64,000 nt of DNA from Neocallimastix sp. 'constans'. Its lineage: Eukaryota. The notes below the pieces were generated by a model. The model did no database searches. It worked only from the letters and a program-made list of their open reading frames with translations, and was not told where the DNA came from. Below are positions 44,228 through 57,676 of this stretch, piece by piece. The stretch lies in contig JBODTK010000124.1 in assembly GCA_050613775.1 (NCBI GenBank), forward strand, positions 248,001 through 312,000. The letters are read 5' to 3'. Both the position numbers and the translations under genes were made by a program. Every line of letters begins with the position of its first letter. The first letter of the stretch is position 1.

Positions 44228-44946
44228 GATGGTACATACCATAAGCAAAAAAAAAAAAATGTATACAAGGAAGGTATTGAATTTTGGACTGACCAATGTC
44301 ATACTTTGACTATTAATTCATCGTGTAATATCGAATATACATCAAACAAAAATTTTCAATTTTTTTTTTTTTATTATTCATAATTCATTCAATGATATTA
44401 ATAAGTAATTTTTAATCCAAAAGATTTTTAATGTTTCATTAAATAATAAAATAGTAAATCATTTAGATAGTAATATTATTAATTCTAATTCTAATTCTAG
44501 TGTATTCAGTAAAATATTTAAATTTTCTTCGTTATGGATGGATGATGGAAAGATTATTAATAACATAAATTCAAAAGGGAAACTATATTTTTATTTAAAT
44601 TTTTTTTAGTAATAAATAAATAAATAACTTCTATAGCGGCATTTTTGATTTATTTAATTATTCATTTATTTATTTTTATAACTTAAATAAGTAATAGAAA
44701 TAGAAATGATTTGATTTGTGTATATAAAATACATTAAAAATTAAATTATATAACTTTTTTAATTTTTTTAATTTTAAATTTTAAATTTTTTTTTATGTTT
44801 ATTTTAAAAAATGATCAACAAATTACAAATAAAATATTTTCATATAATTTTCATATAATTTTCATATATTAATATATATTTAGATATATAGATGGATATA
44901 TAGATAAATATTTAATTATTTTCTGTATTAATTTATAATTTGTCCG

Positions 44947-44978
<32 letters not shown>

Positions 44979-46055
44979 CTATTTAATTTATTTTATATAT
45001 TTTATAAATTAATTTAAAATTTTATTATATTTAATATTAAATTTCTTTAATTCTTTAATAATAATATATTTTAATATTAAAAAAAAACAAAAAAAAAAAA
45101 AAAAAAAATAGAAACTAAAACAAAAATAATATAATAAGTAATAAGATAAAATGATATAACAAATGATATAACAAATAAAAGATAAAATAATAATATATTT
45201 GAAATTATTTAATTAAATATGAATCATTATTATTTTAATTATCAACGGTGTTTACTTCTATTTAAAATAAAAATTTTATAATAACATTTTGAAACCATAT
45301 TAATTAAAGTTAATTAATAGTTATTAATATTCTTAAAAATATATTTATGTGATAATTTTTTATTTACTATTAAAATATAATAAATTAATGTAATTTCACA
45401 ATTAACATACTATATTAACTTAATTATTTTCTTTTCTAAATTGATTATATTATATAAGAAATACGTTTCACTCTAAATGTACACATTAAATACTTTTACG
45501 TATTTGTTTATAATTTAAATCGATTGAAATATATGATTTCTTTATTATTTCTATTTCAATAATTAATTTTAAAAAAAAAAATAAATAAATAAAAAAATAA
45601 AAAGTAAAAAATAAAATAAAAAAATATATATCTATAAATAAACATTTATGGGTTACAATACATTTTATTTTATTATTTTTTTATTTTTTTATTTTTTTTT
45701 TTTTTTGATTTTTATTTGTTCCCGTAGACTGTAAATTTATTATTAAATAAAGTTTAATGTTTTGATAGTTTTGATAAATGTTCTATAATAAAAATAAAAA
45801 AAGCTTTTTTGTGAAACAATACTTTAACACAAATTAAAAAAATTTTTCAATATAAAAAAGAAATAAAAAAAAAAACGATTCATATATTTATTTACTTTTC
45901 ATTTTTTTTTTTGTATAGTTTTATTTATTTTAAATCATTAGGAATATAAAAAAAAATATTAAGCAATATTTACTTTGTATTATAAATAATTTATTTATCA
46001 TAATTATTTTTATATATTTATATATATATATATAAGTATTATTTTATTTTAAATA

Positions 46056-47768
46056 ATGAAATTATCAAAATTAAATTTTATTGTATTATCTTTAGCTACT
46101 TTTGCTAAAGCAAGTTCCCCAATTGGTTTTGGTAAGAATACCTTTGGTGGTAATGGTGGTGTTGAATATCATGTAAATAATATGAAAGAATTCCAAGAAG
46201 CATTAAATAATAATGGTAATCCTAATGGATCAAAAATTATATATATTGATTCTCAAATTAATGGTGCCCTTCAGGAAGATGGTAGTTTATTAACTGCTGA
46301 AAGTTTATCTCCAGGATTTACTTTTCAAAAATATGTGGCATGCTTCACTGAAGATGGTTCTGAATGGTTAAATACAGATGAATGTAATGTCATTGAAGAA
46401 CTTCGTTCAGCTGGTGCTAAAGTTCAAGCTAATAAAATTAAGGTTATGGTAACTCCTAACACTACGATTATTGGTAATGGCGAAGGTTCTAAATTAGAGG
46501 AATTATCTCTTCAAATAAATGGTGTTAGCAATGTTATTATTAAAAATCTATTTATTGAAGCTCCAAATGATCTTTTCCCAGAATGGGATCCAACCGATGG
46601 TATTCATGGTTCATGGAATTCTGAATATGATGCTATTGTTATCAGAAGGTCCATTAACGTATGGATTGATAATTGTTATCTTACCGATGGAAATAAAGGG
46701 GTGGACACTACTCCATTAGTTTTTGGTCAATATATTGATTTACATGATGGTCTTATAGATATTGTTAATGAATCTGATTTTGTTACCATCTCTAATAACC
46801 GTTTTGAAAATCATAAGAAGACCATACTCATTGGTAGTAGTGATAAAAATGTTGAGGATCGTGGTCACCTAAAGATTACCATTTACAATAATGTTTTCCT
46901 TAATTGTAATGAACGTCTTCCACGTGTACGTTTTGGCCATGTTCATGTCTATAATAACTATTACTATGCTGAAACTTTTAATCCGGGATATCCATCATTA
47001 ACAGTGGATAATTATTTCCATGATGATGCCGTTTTCCCACAGTACTTTATTGGATTAGGTGTGGAAGGTAATGTATTATCTGAATATAATTCCTTCAACT
47101 ATATTGGTAATCAAGAAATTCCAGCAACAGATGATATTATTGTTTATAGCTATGGAGGTTACATTTTCCATGATAATGGGTCTGAGTATAATGGCCAAAA
47201 CATAGATATTGATAGTCTTGCCGAGAAATCCTTTAAATTAAAAGTTAAAACTAAAGTTGCTCAAAATGCTGAAAAAGGATCTTCCAATCCAATTTGGGTA
47301 AATGCTACTTTTACTAATGATGCTTTCCATCCAAGTTCATTCTATGATTATAATCTTATGACGAATCTTGATGAAGTCAATGACTTAATTAATAAAGTTC
47401 CTTCCTGGATGTTTGGTGAAATTGATAATCAATTGGAAGTGAGTAATAACAATTTTGATTATGAACTTATGAATACAGAAAATGTTACCTACAATAAAGA
47501 ACCAACATTAGAAGATATAGAAAATATAATAAAAAATAATGTTGAGCCTCCAACCACTGAAAACATCTCTACAAATAGCACTGAACAACCAACTACTGAA
47601 GATACTACACAAAACAATACTGTTGAACCTCCAACCATTGAAGGTACTACACAAAATAATACTATTGAACCTATTGAACCTATTGGACCTCCAATGGCTG
47701 AAAACATAATTCCAAGCAACTTTGAGCAATCAATTACAGAAGATTCAATTCAAAATAACACTATCTGA
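46056..47768 (+). CDS. Secreted pectate lyase, polysaccharide lyase family 1, with a C-terminal Glu/Pro/Thr repeat tail; intronless
   Basis: Signal peptide; GFGKNTFGGNGG; PNTTIIGNG; NVIIKNL; WDPTDG..WNSEYDAI; VWIDNC; HDGLIDI; HKKTILIGSSD; RLPRVRFGHVHVYNNYY (RxPxxR catalytic motif). Resembles Bacillus-type Pel enzymes. Confidence 0.93.
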   Translation: MKLSKLNFIVLSLATFAKASSPIGFGKNTFGGNGGVEYHVNNMKEFQEALNNNGNPNGSKIIYIDSQINGALQEDGSLLTAESLSPGFTFQKYVACFTEDGSEWLNTDECNVIEELRSAGAKVQANKIKVMVTPNTTIIGNGEGSKLEELSLQINGVSNVIIKNLFIEAPNDLFPEWDPTDGIHGSWNSEYDAIVIRRSINVWIDNCYLTDGNKGVDTTPLVFGQYIDLHDGLIDIVNESDFVTISNNRFENHKKTILIGSSDKNVEDRGHLKITIYNNVFLNCNERLPRVRFGHVHVYNNYYYAETFNPGYPSLTVDNYFHDDAVFPQYFIGLGVEGNVLSEYNSFNYIGNQEIPATDDIIVYSYGGYIFHDNGSEYNGQNIDIDSLAEKSFKLKVKTKVAQNAEKGSSNPIWVNATFTNDAFHPSSFYDYNLMTNLDEVNDLINKVPSWMFGEIDNQLEVSNNNFDYELMNTENVTYNKEPTLEDIENIIKNNVEPPTTENISTNSTEQPTTEDTTQNNTVEPPTIEGTTQNNTIEPIEPIGPPMAENIIPSNFEQSITEDSIQNNTI

Positions 47769-48285
47769 ACTACGACTACCATCCACTGAAGATATCCTAC
47801 TCAAATATTTATTATTGATGAATCAGGAACCTATTGAGGATCAAACTCAATTATTAGAAAACATTATCAACCAAATTCCAAACCATATCATTTCCTGTTT
47901 AACTATTCTAAGTTCTCTTCTGAACCTTTTTTTTTTTTTTTTTTAATGTATATAATATATATAATAATTAATTTCATAAATATTTTATTGTATTTATTTT
48001 CTTTTTTTTTTTTTTTTTTTTATTTTATTTTTTCGTGTTTTATTCTTTTCATTGTGTTTTTAAGTATAAATTTAATAGTTAAAAAAATTAATTATGAAAA
48101 AATAAAAATAAAAATGTAATTAAAATAAAATAAAATAAAATAAAATAAAATGAAATAAAATAAATAAAATAAAATAATATAAAAATATAATATACATAAT
48201 AAAAAAAAAAAAAAATAATTTTTTATAAAGTTTTTTTTATGTTTTATTTATCATTAATTTATTTATTTATTTATCTACTCTTTTT

Positions 48286-48345
48286 ATTAAATTATATATT
48301 AAGTACATAAAATAATTATTTTATGTACTTAATATATAATTTAAT
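48286..48345. repeat. Perfect 60-bp palindrome with no spacer
   Basis: ATTAAATTATATATTAAGTACATAAAATAA|TTATTTTATGTACTTAATATATAATTTAAT; the two 30-nt arms are exact reverse complements. Confidence 0.9.
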
Positions 48346-48875
48346 GATTATAATTTGGTTAAATATAAAGATTTTTATAATTTATAATATAAGATTTTAA
48401 ATTTATTAAAAAATATTAGAAATATTATATCTTTAGAATTAAGAGATTTATTTAATATTATTATAATTATTATTATTATTATTATAATTATAATTAATTA
48501 TTATTATTATTATTATTATTATTGTTAGCTTTATTAAATTTAGATCTATAATAATATTCCTTATGGAATATGGTATACTAGGAAATAAGTGTATGATCTA
48601 TCTTTCAGCTTTAAATAAGTAATAAAGTCACATGTTACTACATGCGTTTTCCATAACATAAAATAAATTAAAAATTAATTAAATAAATATTAAAAGATAA
48701 TTAACATAGATTTATACAAGACGATAGATCATAATACATTTAAGTAATCATTAAATATAAATAAATAAATACACATAAATATAAATAAATACTATAAATA
48801 AATATATTAAATATATAGTTAAATTATGAGTGCAGTCAACAATTATTATTATTATTATAATTATAATTAATTATT

Positions 48876-48920
<45 letters not shown>

Positions 48921-49676
48921 TTTATTTTTTTTTACATAAAACTTATAAACTTATATTTAACTTTTTTTTTTTTTTTTATTTATATTTGGGTAGGACTTTG
49001 GAAGATTTTCCAAACTTTTCTTTTTTTTTTTTTCTTACATCTTTGGAATATTATTGTTGGATTGAAATCATTTAAAATAGAATAGAATCCGTTATTTTTT
49101 CCGTTATTTTTTTTTAAAGTTAAATGAACAACAACGACGACAACAATAACGACAACAACAACAACAACAAAATTATTAATAACTTTTTTTTTTTTTAAAT
49201 AAATAAATTTTTTTTTTTGTTGAATTTTCATAATATTTTAGTATATTTTACTAAATTTATCAATAAATAAAAATACACTTTATTAGAAGAAATAATTTTT
49301 TTTTTCTTTTTTTAAATTTTTTTATTAATTTATTATGTATTAATTTACATTTATTTACATTATTAATTAATTATTTATAATTATATAATTAGTATAATTA
49401 TATTTATTATTATTTTTTTTATTATTATTTATTACTTAGTATTTTTTATTATTATTATTATTATTATGTATTATTATTAAATACTTATTAATTATTAATT
49501 ATCATTACTTATTATTTATTATTACTATAACTTAATTATTATTAATAATTATAATAAAATTATTAATTATAATTCATTATTTTTTATTAAATTAATATTA
49601 TTATTATATATATATATATATATATATATTTTCTTATTAAATTAATAGTATTATGTAAGTAAAATATATGTATGTA

Positions 49677-49783
49677 TAAATAAATACATAGATATATATA
49701 AATATTTTTTATTTTTCAGTTGATTACAACTTTAAATAAATACATAGATATATATAAATATTTTTTATTTTTCAGTTGATTAC

Positions 49784-49790
<7 letters not shown>
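49677..49790. repeat. Exact tandem duplication of ~56 bp
   Basis: TAAATAAATACATAGATATATATAAATATTTTTTATTTTTCAGTTGATTACAACTT occurs twice in tandem. Confidence 0.85.
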
Positions 49791-49817
<27 letters not shown>

Positions 49818-50120
49818 TTTGTTTGTTTGTTTGTTTGTTTGTTTGTTTGTATGTTTGTTTGTATGTTTGTTTTTAAATCTTTTTTTTTTTTTTTTAATTA
49901 GTTTTACCTTTGTTTCTGTAAAATCTTAATTTATTTTTATTATTATTGTTTTTATTTTTTTAATTATTATTTTTCATCCTAAATTTTTTTTTTTTTTTTT
50001 TTGCTTTTTTTTAAAAAAAAAAAAAAACTAATGTAAAAATTTATAAAAATAAACTATATACATTATATATACATAATCGATTAATTAATTCTTTTTATGT
50101 ACATTTAAAATTATGTTTAA

Positions 50121-50156
<36 letters not shown>

Positions 50157-50697
50157 TTTTTTTTTTTTTTTGTTTTACCCTTATTATATTATTTTATTAA
50201 TGTAATTTTTTTTTTGTTCTTTCTCTTCGTTCTTTCCTTTTCTTTTCTTTTCTTTTCTTTTCTTTTTCTTTTCTTTTATTTATTGATTTTTACTTGTTCT
50301 TTTTATTTTTATTTTTTCTCTCTTTTCTAAATTTTTCCATTTTCTTTTTATATTTTGTTCTTTATATTTCCATTTTTTTCTTATTATTTTTATATTATCA
50401 TGATCATTATTATTATTATATTATTATTATATTTATAATATTATTTGATTTTTTTTTTTTTTTTCATATTGATATTAAATGTATCGGTTAATGCTTTTAT
50501 ATTTTATTATTATTATTATTACTTGTATTTTTATTTTATTTTTATTTAATTATGCATTATTATTATTCATTAATTATATATATCTATTTTTATTTTTATT
50601 ATTATTATTTTTTTTTTTTATTTTTATTTTTATTTTTTTATATTATTATTTTATTATTATTATTGTAATTAATTAATATATTATTAATTTATATAAA

Positions 50698-53187
50698 CTA
50701 AATCACACGATTATCATTATCATAATAATGATAATTTTGTATAGATTGTAGATTGAATTTACTAAAGGTATTAAATGAGGATTCATGACTATTCATAGTA
50801 TTAATATAGTTTATGAGCTTTTGAGTACAATTGGTCATTACCGAATTTTTACATACTATTGTTTTCAACATCATGTCCATATAGTTATACAAATAGTTGG
50901 CTATTTCATAATTCTCGGCATGTACAGCATATTCAAGAGAGGAATTACCTTCATTGTTTTTAATATGAACATCAGCACCATTTTCGGTAAGAAGTTTGAC
51001 AACGGTTAAATTGTTAGCTTGAATGGCATCAACAAGTGGGGAATTACCATCCTTATTTTTCGTATTCACATTGGCTCCATTTTTAATTAAAAGTTTAACA
51101 ATTGATAAATAATTTTCTTTAATAGCACACGCCAAAGGTGAATTGCCATCTTTATCCGTTAAGTTAACATCTGTACCCTTTTCAATGAATCGATCAATTA
51201 TCCTTTCTTTTTGATCTGGAGTATAATTATCAGCCTTAATCATCGAAATAAGAGGTGTTTTTCCTAAATAATTTCTTTTATTCAATAAAACATTATCATT
51301 TTCCAACAAAATATCCATAATTTCAAGATTTCCTTTGAAAATAGCACAATCAACGGCTGCATCTTCAAAGGAATTTTTGAGATTAATATCGATACCAATA
51401 CTTATTAAATCTTTTACTGTTTCAATATCTTCTTTTTCAATAGCATAATACAAAATACTATTGTGTTGACCATCCTTTTGATTAATATCTAAATAACTTA
51501 CCAAATATCTAAATATTTTTATGTTACCTTTTTTATAGGCCAGTGTCATGGGAGTATTTCCTTCAATATCAGTAATACTCATTTTTATGTTATTTTTGAT
51601 GCCATAGTTTACGAGCGAGAAAACAATATCAAAATTGTTTTGATTAATGCCTTTCATTAAAGGATAATGACCACTGGCGTCTTTTTCATTGATGTTAATC
51701 TTTATTTTATTTTTAAAACAATAGTTTATTAATAATTTAACAATGTCCCCGTTATTTTGATTGACCGCTTTCATAAGAAGAGTATTTCCACTGGCATCTT
51801 TAGCATTAGCATTCATTATAATTTTATTTATATTACAATACTTAATAAATAGTCTTACAATATCAGTATTATTTTGATTGACGGCTTTTTCCAATGGAGA
51901 TAATCCATTGGAGTCTTTTTCAATAATATTTACATTATACTTTAGTAAAAGTTTGATAACTTCCACATTATTTTTATGAATGGCCAACATTAAAAGAGAT
52001 ACCCCATTTTTATTTTTAATATTACTATTAGCACCATGTTCCAATAAATATTTGAAAATTTCCATATTTTGAGAATTAAAAGCTTTCAATAGTGGATATT
52101 CTCCTTTACTATCTTTAATATTAATATCCATTTTAGATTGAAATTCCATATTTTCCATCATGTATTGAACTATTGAGAAATGATTTAATTTTATTGCCAT
52201 ATTTAAAATCAAATTTATTTTTTGTTGACAGAAATTTTTATTTTTTCTGTTTAAACCATTGATAGGAGTTGATTGAACCAATGTTTTGATGAGTAATTTT
52301 TTAATTTTAATATCAATATCGTTTTCAATAGCTTCTGAAAGAATCTTTTCATATTGGATATATTTGAAGTTGAAGGTTTGATAATATAATACACTTTTAA
52401 CAAAATTATAATTATTCATTTTGACCGATACTTCCAATAAGTCATATTTAAAAATTCGATTTAAAATTTCGTTTTCTTCACTGTTTTCATTTTCGAATAA
52501 AATCTTCAAAGCCTCATTATTGCCTTTTTCCAATGCTTTATCATACATGGTATCATTAATATAAAGTTTATCTTTTTCATTCATTATTATTTCTTCTAAA
52601 TCTTCCTTAAAAAGAGAAGAATCTTCATTTAGAAGTGATTCCCCTCTCTTATATAAATTAAGAAAGTTTAATATAAATGATGGATTAAATTTAAAATGCT
52701 TAAAAATTATTTCTAAAAATCCATTTTGAAAATTATCAATGAAAGTATATATTAAGTGGTTAGTAATGCCAGCAATACTAAAACCACGGTTTAATATATA
52801 TTTTAAATTTTTAGAATTAAGTAAATTATGTTTATTTAAGTTATTTATTATATCATAATTATTATAGTTTATATCAGCTTTATTCTTTAATAGAATATCT
52901 GCTATTTTGAAATTATTATATCCAATAGCTGAGAATAGAGGAGTTTTAAATACATCATTATCAATTATATGAAAATTTAAAGTTTTATACCTACTTTGAC
53001 CAATAATATATTTTATTATATCTATTGAAATATTATTTTCAATGGAATAAATCAAAATATCAAAGTCAACTTTACTTAATTCATTTAAAGAAATGTCATT
53101 CTCATTTATATATTTTTTTAATTCATTTATATTATTATTTTTAATAATTTCAATAATATTATTTTTATTTTCTTCTTTAAAATCCAT
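50698..53187 (-). CDS. Ankyrin-repeat protein, 829 aa, intronless
   Basis: More than 10 ankyrin repeats (e.g. GEYPLLKAF..LLEHGAN, GNSPLACAI..LIKNGANVN), preceded by a family-specific helical N-terminal region. Confidence 0.92.
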   Translation of the reverse strand: MDFKEENKNNIIEIIKNNNINELKKYINENDISLNELSKVDFDILIYSIENNISIDIIKYIIGQSRYKTLNFHIIDNDVFKTPLFSAIGYNNFKIADILLKNKADINYNNYDIINNLNKHNLLNSKNLKYILNRGFSIAGITNHLIYTFIDNFQNGFLEIIFKHFKFNPSFILNFLNLYKRGESLLNEDSSLFKEDLEEIIMNEKDKLYINDTMYDKALEKGNNEALKILFENENSEENEILNRIFKYDLLEVSVKMNNYNFVKSVLYYQTFNFKYIQYEKILSEAIENDIDIKIKKLLIKTLVQSTPINGLNRKNKNFCQQKINLILNMAIKLNHFSIVQYMMENMEFQSKMDINIKDSKGEYPLLKAFNSQNMEIFKYLLEHGANSNIKNKNGVSLLMLAIHKNNVEVIKLLLKYNVNIIEKDSNGLSPLEKAVNQNNTDIVRLFIKYCNINKIIMNANAKDASGNTLLMKAVNQNNGDIVKLLINYCFKNKIKININEKDASGHYPLMKGINQNNFDIVFSLVNYGIKNNIKMSITDIEGNTPMTLAYKKGNIKIFRYLVSYLDINQKDGQHNSILYYAIEKEDIETVKDLISIGIDINLKNSFEDAAVDCAIFKGNLEIMDILLENDNVLLNKRNYLGKTPLISMIKADNYTPDQKERIIDRFIEKGTDVNLTDKDGNSPLACAIKENYLSIVKLLIKNGANVNTKNKDGNSPLVDAIQANNLTVVKLLTENGADVHIKNNEGNSSLEYAVHAENYEIANYLYNYMDMMLKTIVCKNSVMTNCTQKLINYINTMNSHESSFNTFSKFNLQSIQNYHYYDNDNRVI

Positions 53188-56118
53188 TTTTAAATCATAT
53201 ATATATTTTTTCTTTGATTATTATTATTAATAAAGTTAATAATATATGATATAGTATATACAATTAAATGCAAATTAAATAAAATAAAAAAAAAATTTAA
53301 AATAAAAAATTAGGTTCAACTTTTTATTTTAATTTTAATTTTACTATAAAAAAAAAAAAAAAAACTTATTATTTTATTTATTTTATTTTTTTAAAGAATA
53401 AGAAAAAGAAAAAGTAAAAATAAAAGTGAAAGAAAAAAAAATTTATTCTGCTAATGACGTTTTTATTTAAATCCAGAAAAGTAATAAAAAATTAATTAAA
53501 AATTAATATAAATTTTATATAAAAAAAAATTGTAATTAGAATGTACAAAAAATAATAATAATTAATAAATAAATAAATATTTAAAATTTAATTTAATAAA
53601 ATTTTTTTAAATTTCTATTCTGGATTAAATATTTAAATATATATTTATATTATATTAATATTACATTATATTATATAACATGTCATATTCTATATATTTG
53701 ATAAAAAATTAATAATATTTAATTTATTAATATATATTTTTATTTAATATATATTTTTATTATTAATATTTATTAATTGTTACCTTCTATGTATATATTA
53801 TTTATATATTTTGGTATATTATATTTTTATATTTATGTTTTTCCATTGTTTATTTAATTAAAAATTTCATAGTTAAGATATTAATTTACTTTTAAAACTT
53901 TCATTTAATTTAATTATTATATTTATTTATTTTATATTCATTTATGCATTAATTTTTTTTAATTTTTATGTCTTCTTTTTGTATTTGTCCATTTTTAGTT
54001 TGATTAATTCTATTGTGCAACATTTAATAATATTTTTTTCTTTTAGAAAAAAAATATAAATTCTATTTTTTTGTAAACTTTAAGTTATATTAAAAAATAC
54101 TAAAAGTTTAAATAATAAAAACCATAAAAATAATAGTAAATTTTAAATAATAAATTTTAAATAATAAAAAAACTTAAATTAGTAATAAATTTAAAATAAT
54201 AACAAATAAATAATAAACTTTAAATAATAAAATTTAAATAATAAAAATATTTTAAAATAGTAATAAATTTTAAACAATAAAATATTTAGGTCTATTTTCA
54301 TTCGATTTAAAAAATATATTATTTCAATCAGCTCCATAATCATAAAACCGAAACCAAAACTATAGCAATAAACCAAATCAATAAACAAAAAAAATGGTTA
54401 CAGATAAAAACTATTTAAAATTTACTAAAGATTTCTAAAAAAAAAAATCTTTAATTAAAATAGAATAATGGAATAATAATATAATGTTTTAATTATTGAT
54501 TAATAATTGTATTCAAAAAAAAAATAATTAAAAAATTTTTTCTTTAATATAATTAATAAAATATTCAATCAATAATTATTAAATAATAAATAATAAATAA
54601 TTGAATAATAAATAATAAATAATAAATAATAAATTATGAATTATGAATTATGAATTATGAATTATTAATTATGAATTATGAATTATAACACTATAACAAT
54701 AGATATTAATATATTTATATAAAATGATAAAATAAAAGAAAAAAAAAATCCTTAATAAAAAATATTTATATTTTGTATTAATAAATTATTTAAATAAAAA
54801 ATATTATATTAAATATTTAATATAATATATAAATAGATATACACATTATATGTTTATTTATTTATCTATTTATTTATTTATCTATTATTTATTTATTCAT
54901 TTATTTATGTATTTATTTATGATTCATTATTTATTTATTTTAGTTAATAATATATTTGTTTCAATGTTTCAGATGTATTTAAGTTTTGCATTATTATTTC
55001 TGTTGATAAAAATATCGTTAATTTTTTTTTCTTGATTTCTATAATTAAAATTAAAAGGTGAAATTAACATATTTAAATTAAACATCAAAAAAAAAAAAAA
55101 AAAAATTATTTATTATCTAATGTTATATTAATAAATACACTATTCAATTATTTATTATTTATTTATTTATTGATTGATTGATTGATTAATATAACTTTAT
55201 TCTATTTCATTATTATTAGTATTTTTTATAACAAAATATTAAAAATAAAAAATTAACTATCAATATTTTTTTCTATACTTTTGATATAATAGAATTATTT
55301 ATAAGTATTTATAAATATTAATATTTGTATTAGTAAAAAAACAAAATGTCTTTAATTTTTTTTTCTTTTCTTTTTTTGTCCTTTTGTTTTTTGTTTTTGA
55401 AACAGTTTTAAATTAATTATAAATAATTATTATTTTTAAAGATTTGTTAGATATTATATATAATTAAAGATTATTTGTTTGTAAAGTATTAATAATTAAA
55501 GATTTAATTAAAAATAAATAAAAGATTAAACCTATAAATTTTTTGTTTTTATATTTAATAAATAATAATAATGGATCATGATTCTAATGCTTTTAATTAT
55601 ATTTATGTTATGATATATTGCACATATATTAAATATTGATATAAAACAAATATGTGTAGTAACATATTTGTATATGTAATATTAATTATTAAATATTAAA
55701 TTTATATTTTTTTGATAATAATTATTTTATTTTATTTTATTTCAATATGTATTATTATAATTATAATAATTATAATACTTTATTTCATATAAAATTTATA
55801 TATTTCTATATATTAGAATATATAATTAATATAATACCTATTTCTTATAAATAGATTAGATTATTTATATTAGAAATAGAGGACTCTCTTGTAAAATTTT
55901 AGGAATTAGAATTATTATTGTAATTGTACGAATATTATAATTTTATTAATAAAATTTACTAAACTTTATTTAAAACCCACTGCTTATAAATTATTGCACA
56001 TAAAAGTTCCGCATATCAATATATAGGTCATGTGATTTTGATATTGTATATTTGAATGCTTGTTTATACCAAAACTAGTACAAAACAGTATCAAAATAAT
56101 TACATAGATATTATAAAT

Positions 56119-56155
<37 letters not shown>

Positions 56156-56550
56156 CATTAGAAAACAAAATTATTATAAATAAAATATTTGTATTAAAAT
56201 AGTCTTTTTAATGTTAGAAAACAAAATTATCATAAATTACTATAATTATTTATTATTATTTATTTATTATTATTATTATTTAATTAATTAATTAATTATT
56301 TATTATTATTATTTATTTATTATTATTATTTAATTAATTAATTAATTATTATTATTTTTATTATTATTTAATTATTATGCATTATAATTATTATTTATTA
56401 TTTATTATTTATTATTTATTATTATTATTATTGAATAATTACATTTTATTCATTTAATATATAATTTATATTAAATGAATATATTTACATACATATAATA
56501 ATTAAAATTCTATTAAAAGTTTAAAGTTTCTCTTTTTTAAAGAAAGTATA

Positions 56551-56584
<34 letters not shown>

Positions 56585-56842
56585 TTTTTTGAATTTTGAA
56601 TTTTGAATTTTGATAAAGTTGAATTAAAATATTTTAATTTTTAAATAAAAAAGAAATTTAATTTAATATTTTTTTTTAAAAAAAATAAAATAAAATTATT
56701 GAATAAATAATTATTATTCAGTTGAAAGATGTAAAATTTATTATTTCAATATTAATAAAAAATAAGTAAATAAATAAATATTATTCAATTAAAGAAATAA
56801 AAATTATAAAATTATATATCATTAAAAAATATAATAAATATA

Positions 56843-57367
56843 ATGAACATAAACATGTCTACTTATCCAAGTCAACCATACACCGAGGTTAATGATCTTA
56901 AAAATCCTTTAAATAATGATAATCTCAAAGGTTCATTAAACAAAAAAATGGAAATTGAAATTTGTAACATGAAAGATTTTCAGAAATTAACACTAGATGA
57001 CACTAAGGAACTAAAGTCTGTCACTTTCCGTAATATGGAGGTAAATGGAGAATTTGTTGATAAATTTTGGGAATTATTTTCTTCTGGAATGAAAGTATTA
57101 AGTTTTGAAGATTGTTGGACTGTCGATAATTATTCTTTTTCGGATCTTTTTGATGGCGATTATTCAGTAAGGAGATTAGTTATTAAAAGTAATGACTTAA
57201 CCATAGATGATGTAGATAGTATTTTTTCTTTAGTGTATCCGTATTTGATACGTCAGTTTGTCTTTAGTAGCAATCAACTGAATGCGGATATTGTTAAAAA
57301 CTCATTGATGAAGAAATTAGGCTCCTGCTCTCCAGAATTAGAAATTTTGGATACAAACTCCAAATGA
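56843..57367 (+). CDS. Hypothetical 174-aa protein, weakly LRR/RNI-like
   Basis: Intact ATG-initiated ORF with normal amino-acid complexity in otherwise AT-only DNA; spaced LxxLxL-like motifs (LKSVTFRN, MKVLSFEDC, VRRLVIKSNDL, IRQFVFSSNQL). Confidence 0.65.
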   Translation: MNINMSTYPSQPYTEVNDLKNPLNNDNLKGSLNKKMEIEICNMKDFQKLTLDDTKELKSVTFRNMEVNGEFVDKFWELFSSGMKVLSFEDCWTVDNYSFSDLFDGDYSVRRLVIKSNDLTIDDVDSIFSLVYPYLIRQFVFSSNQLNADIVKNSLMKKLGSCSPELEILDTNSK

Positions 57368-57676
57368 TAACATTCAGTTAGATATTTATTCGTCCTTGTT
57401 TTGTAAATTATTAGTTCTAAGGATATTGTTTAATTAAGTTATTATATTTTTATAATAATTATAATAATTATCTTCATTAGGATTTGTTATTAAAGCTACA
57501 ATTATTCTATTTATTATTATTCCATATATTCATTTCATCTATAGATGGTTCACTATAACAACTGTTCTTAAAGAACCATTATTTCAAAAAAAAAAAAAAA
57601 AAAAAGTTCGTATTTTGTTTTTCTTCTGTACAAAAATTACTTTTAATGGAAAATAAAAATAATATTACATTAACTA

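Noticed and set aside
47489..47729. Minus-strand hydrophobic ORFs
   Set aside because: They are antisense to the lyase repeat tail.
48830..50676. Short Phe/Ile/Tyr-rich ORFs
   Set aside because: They arise from low-complexity intergenic T/A tracts.
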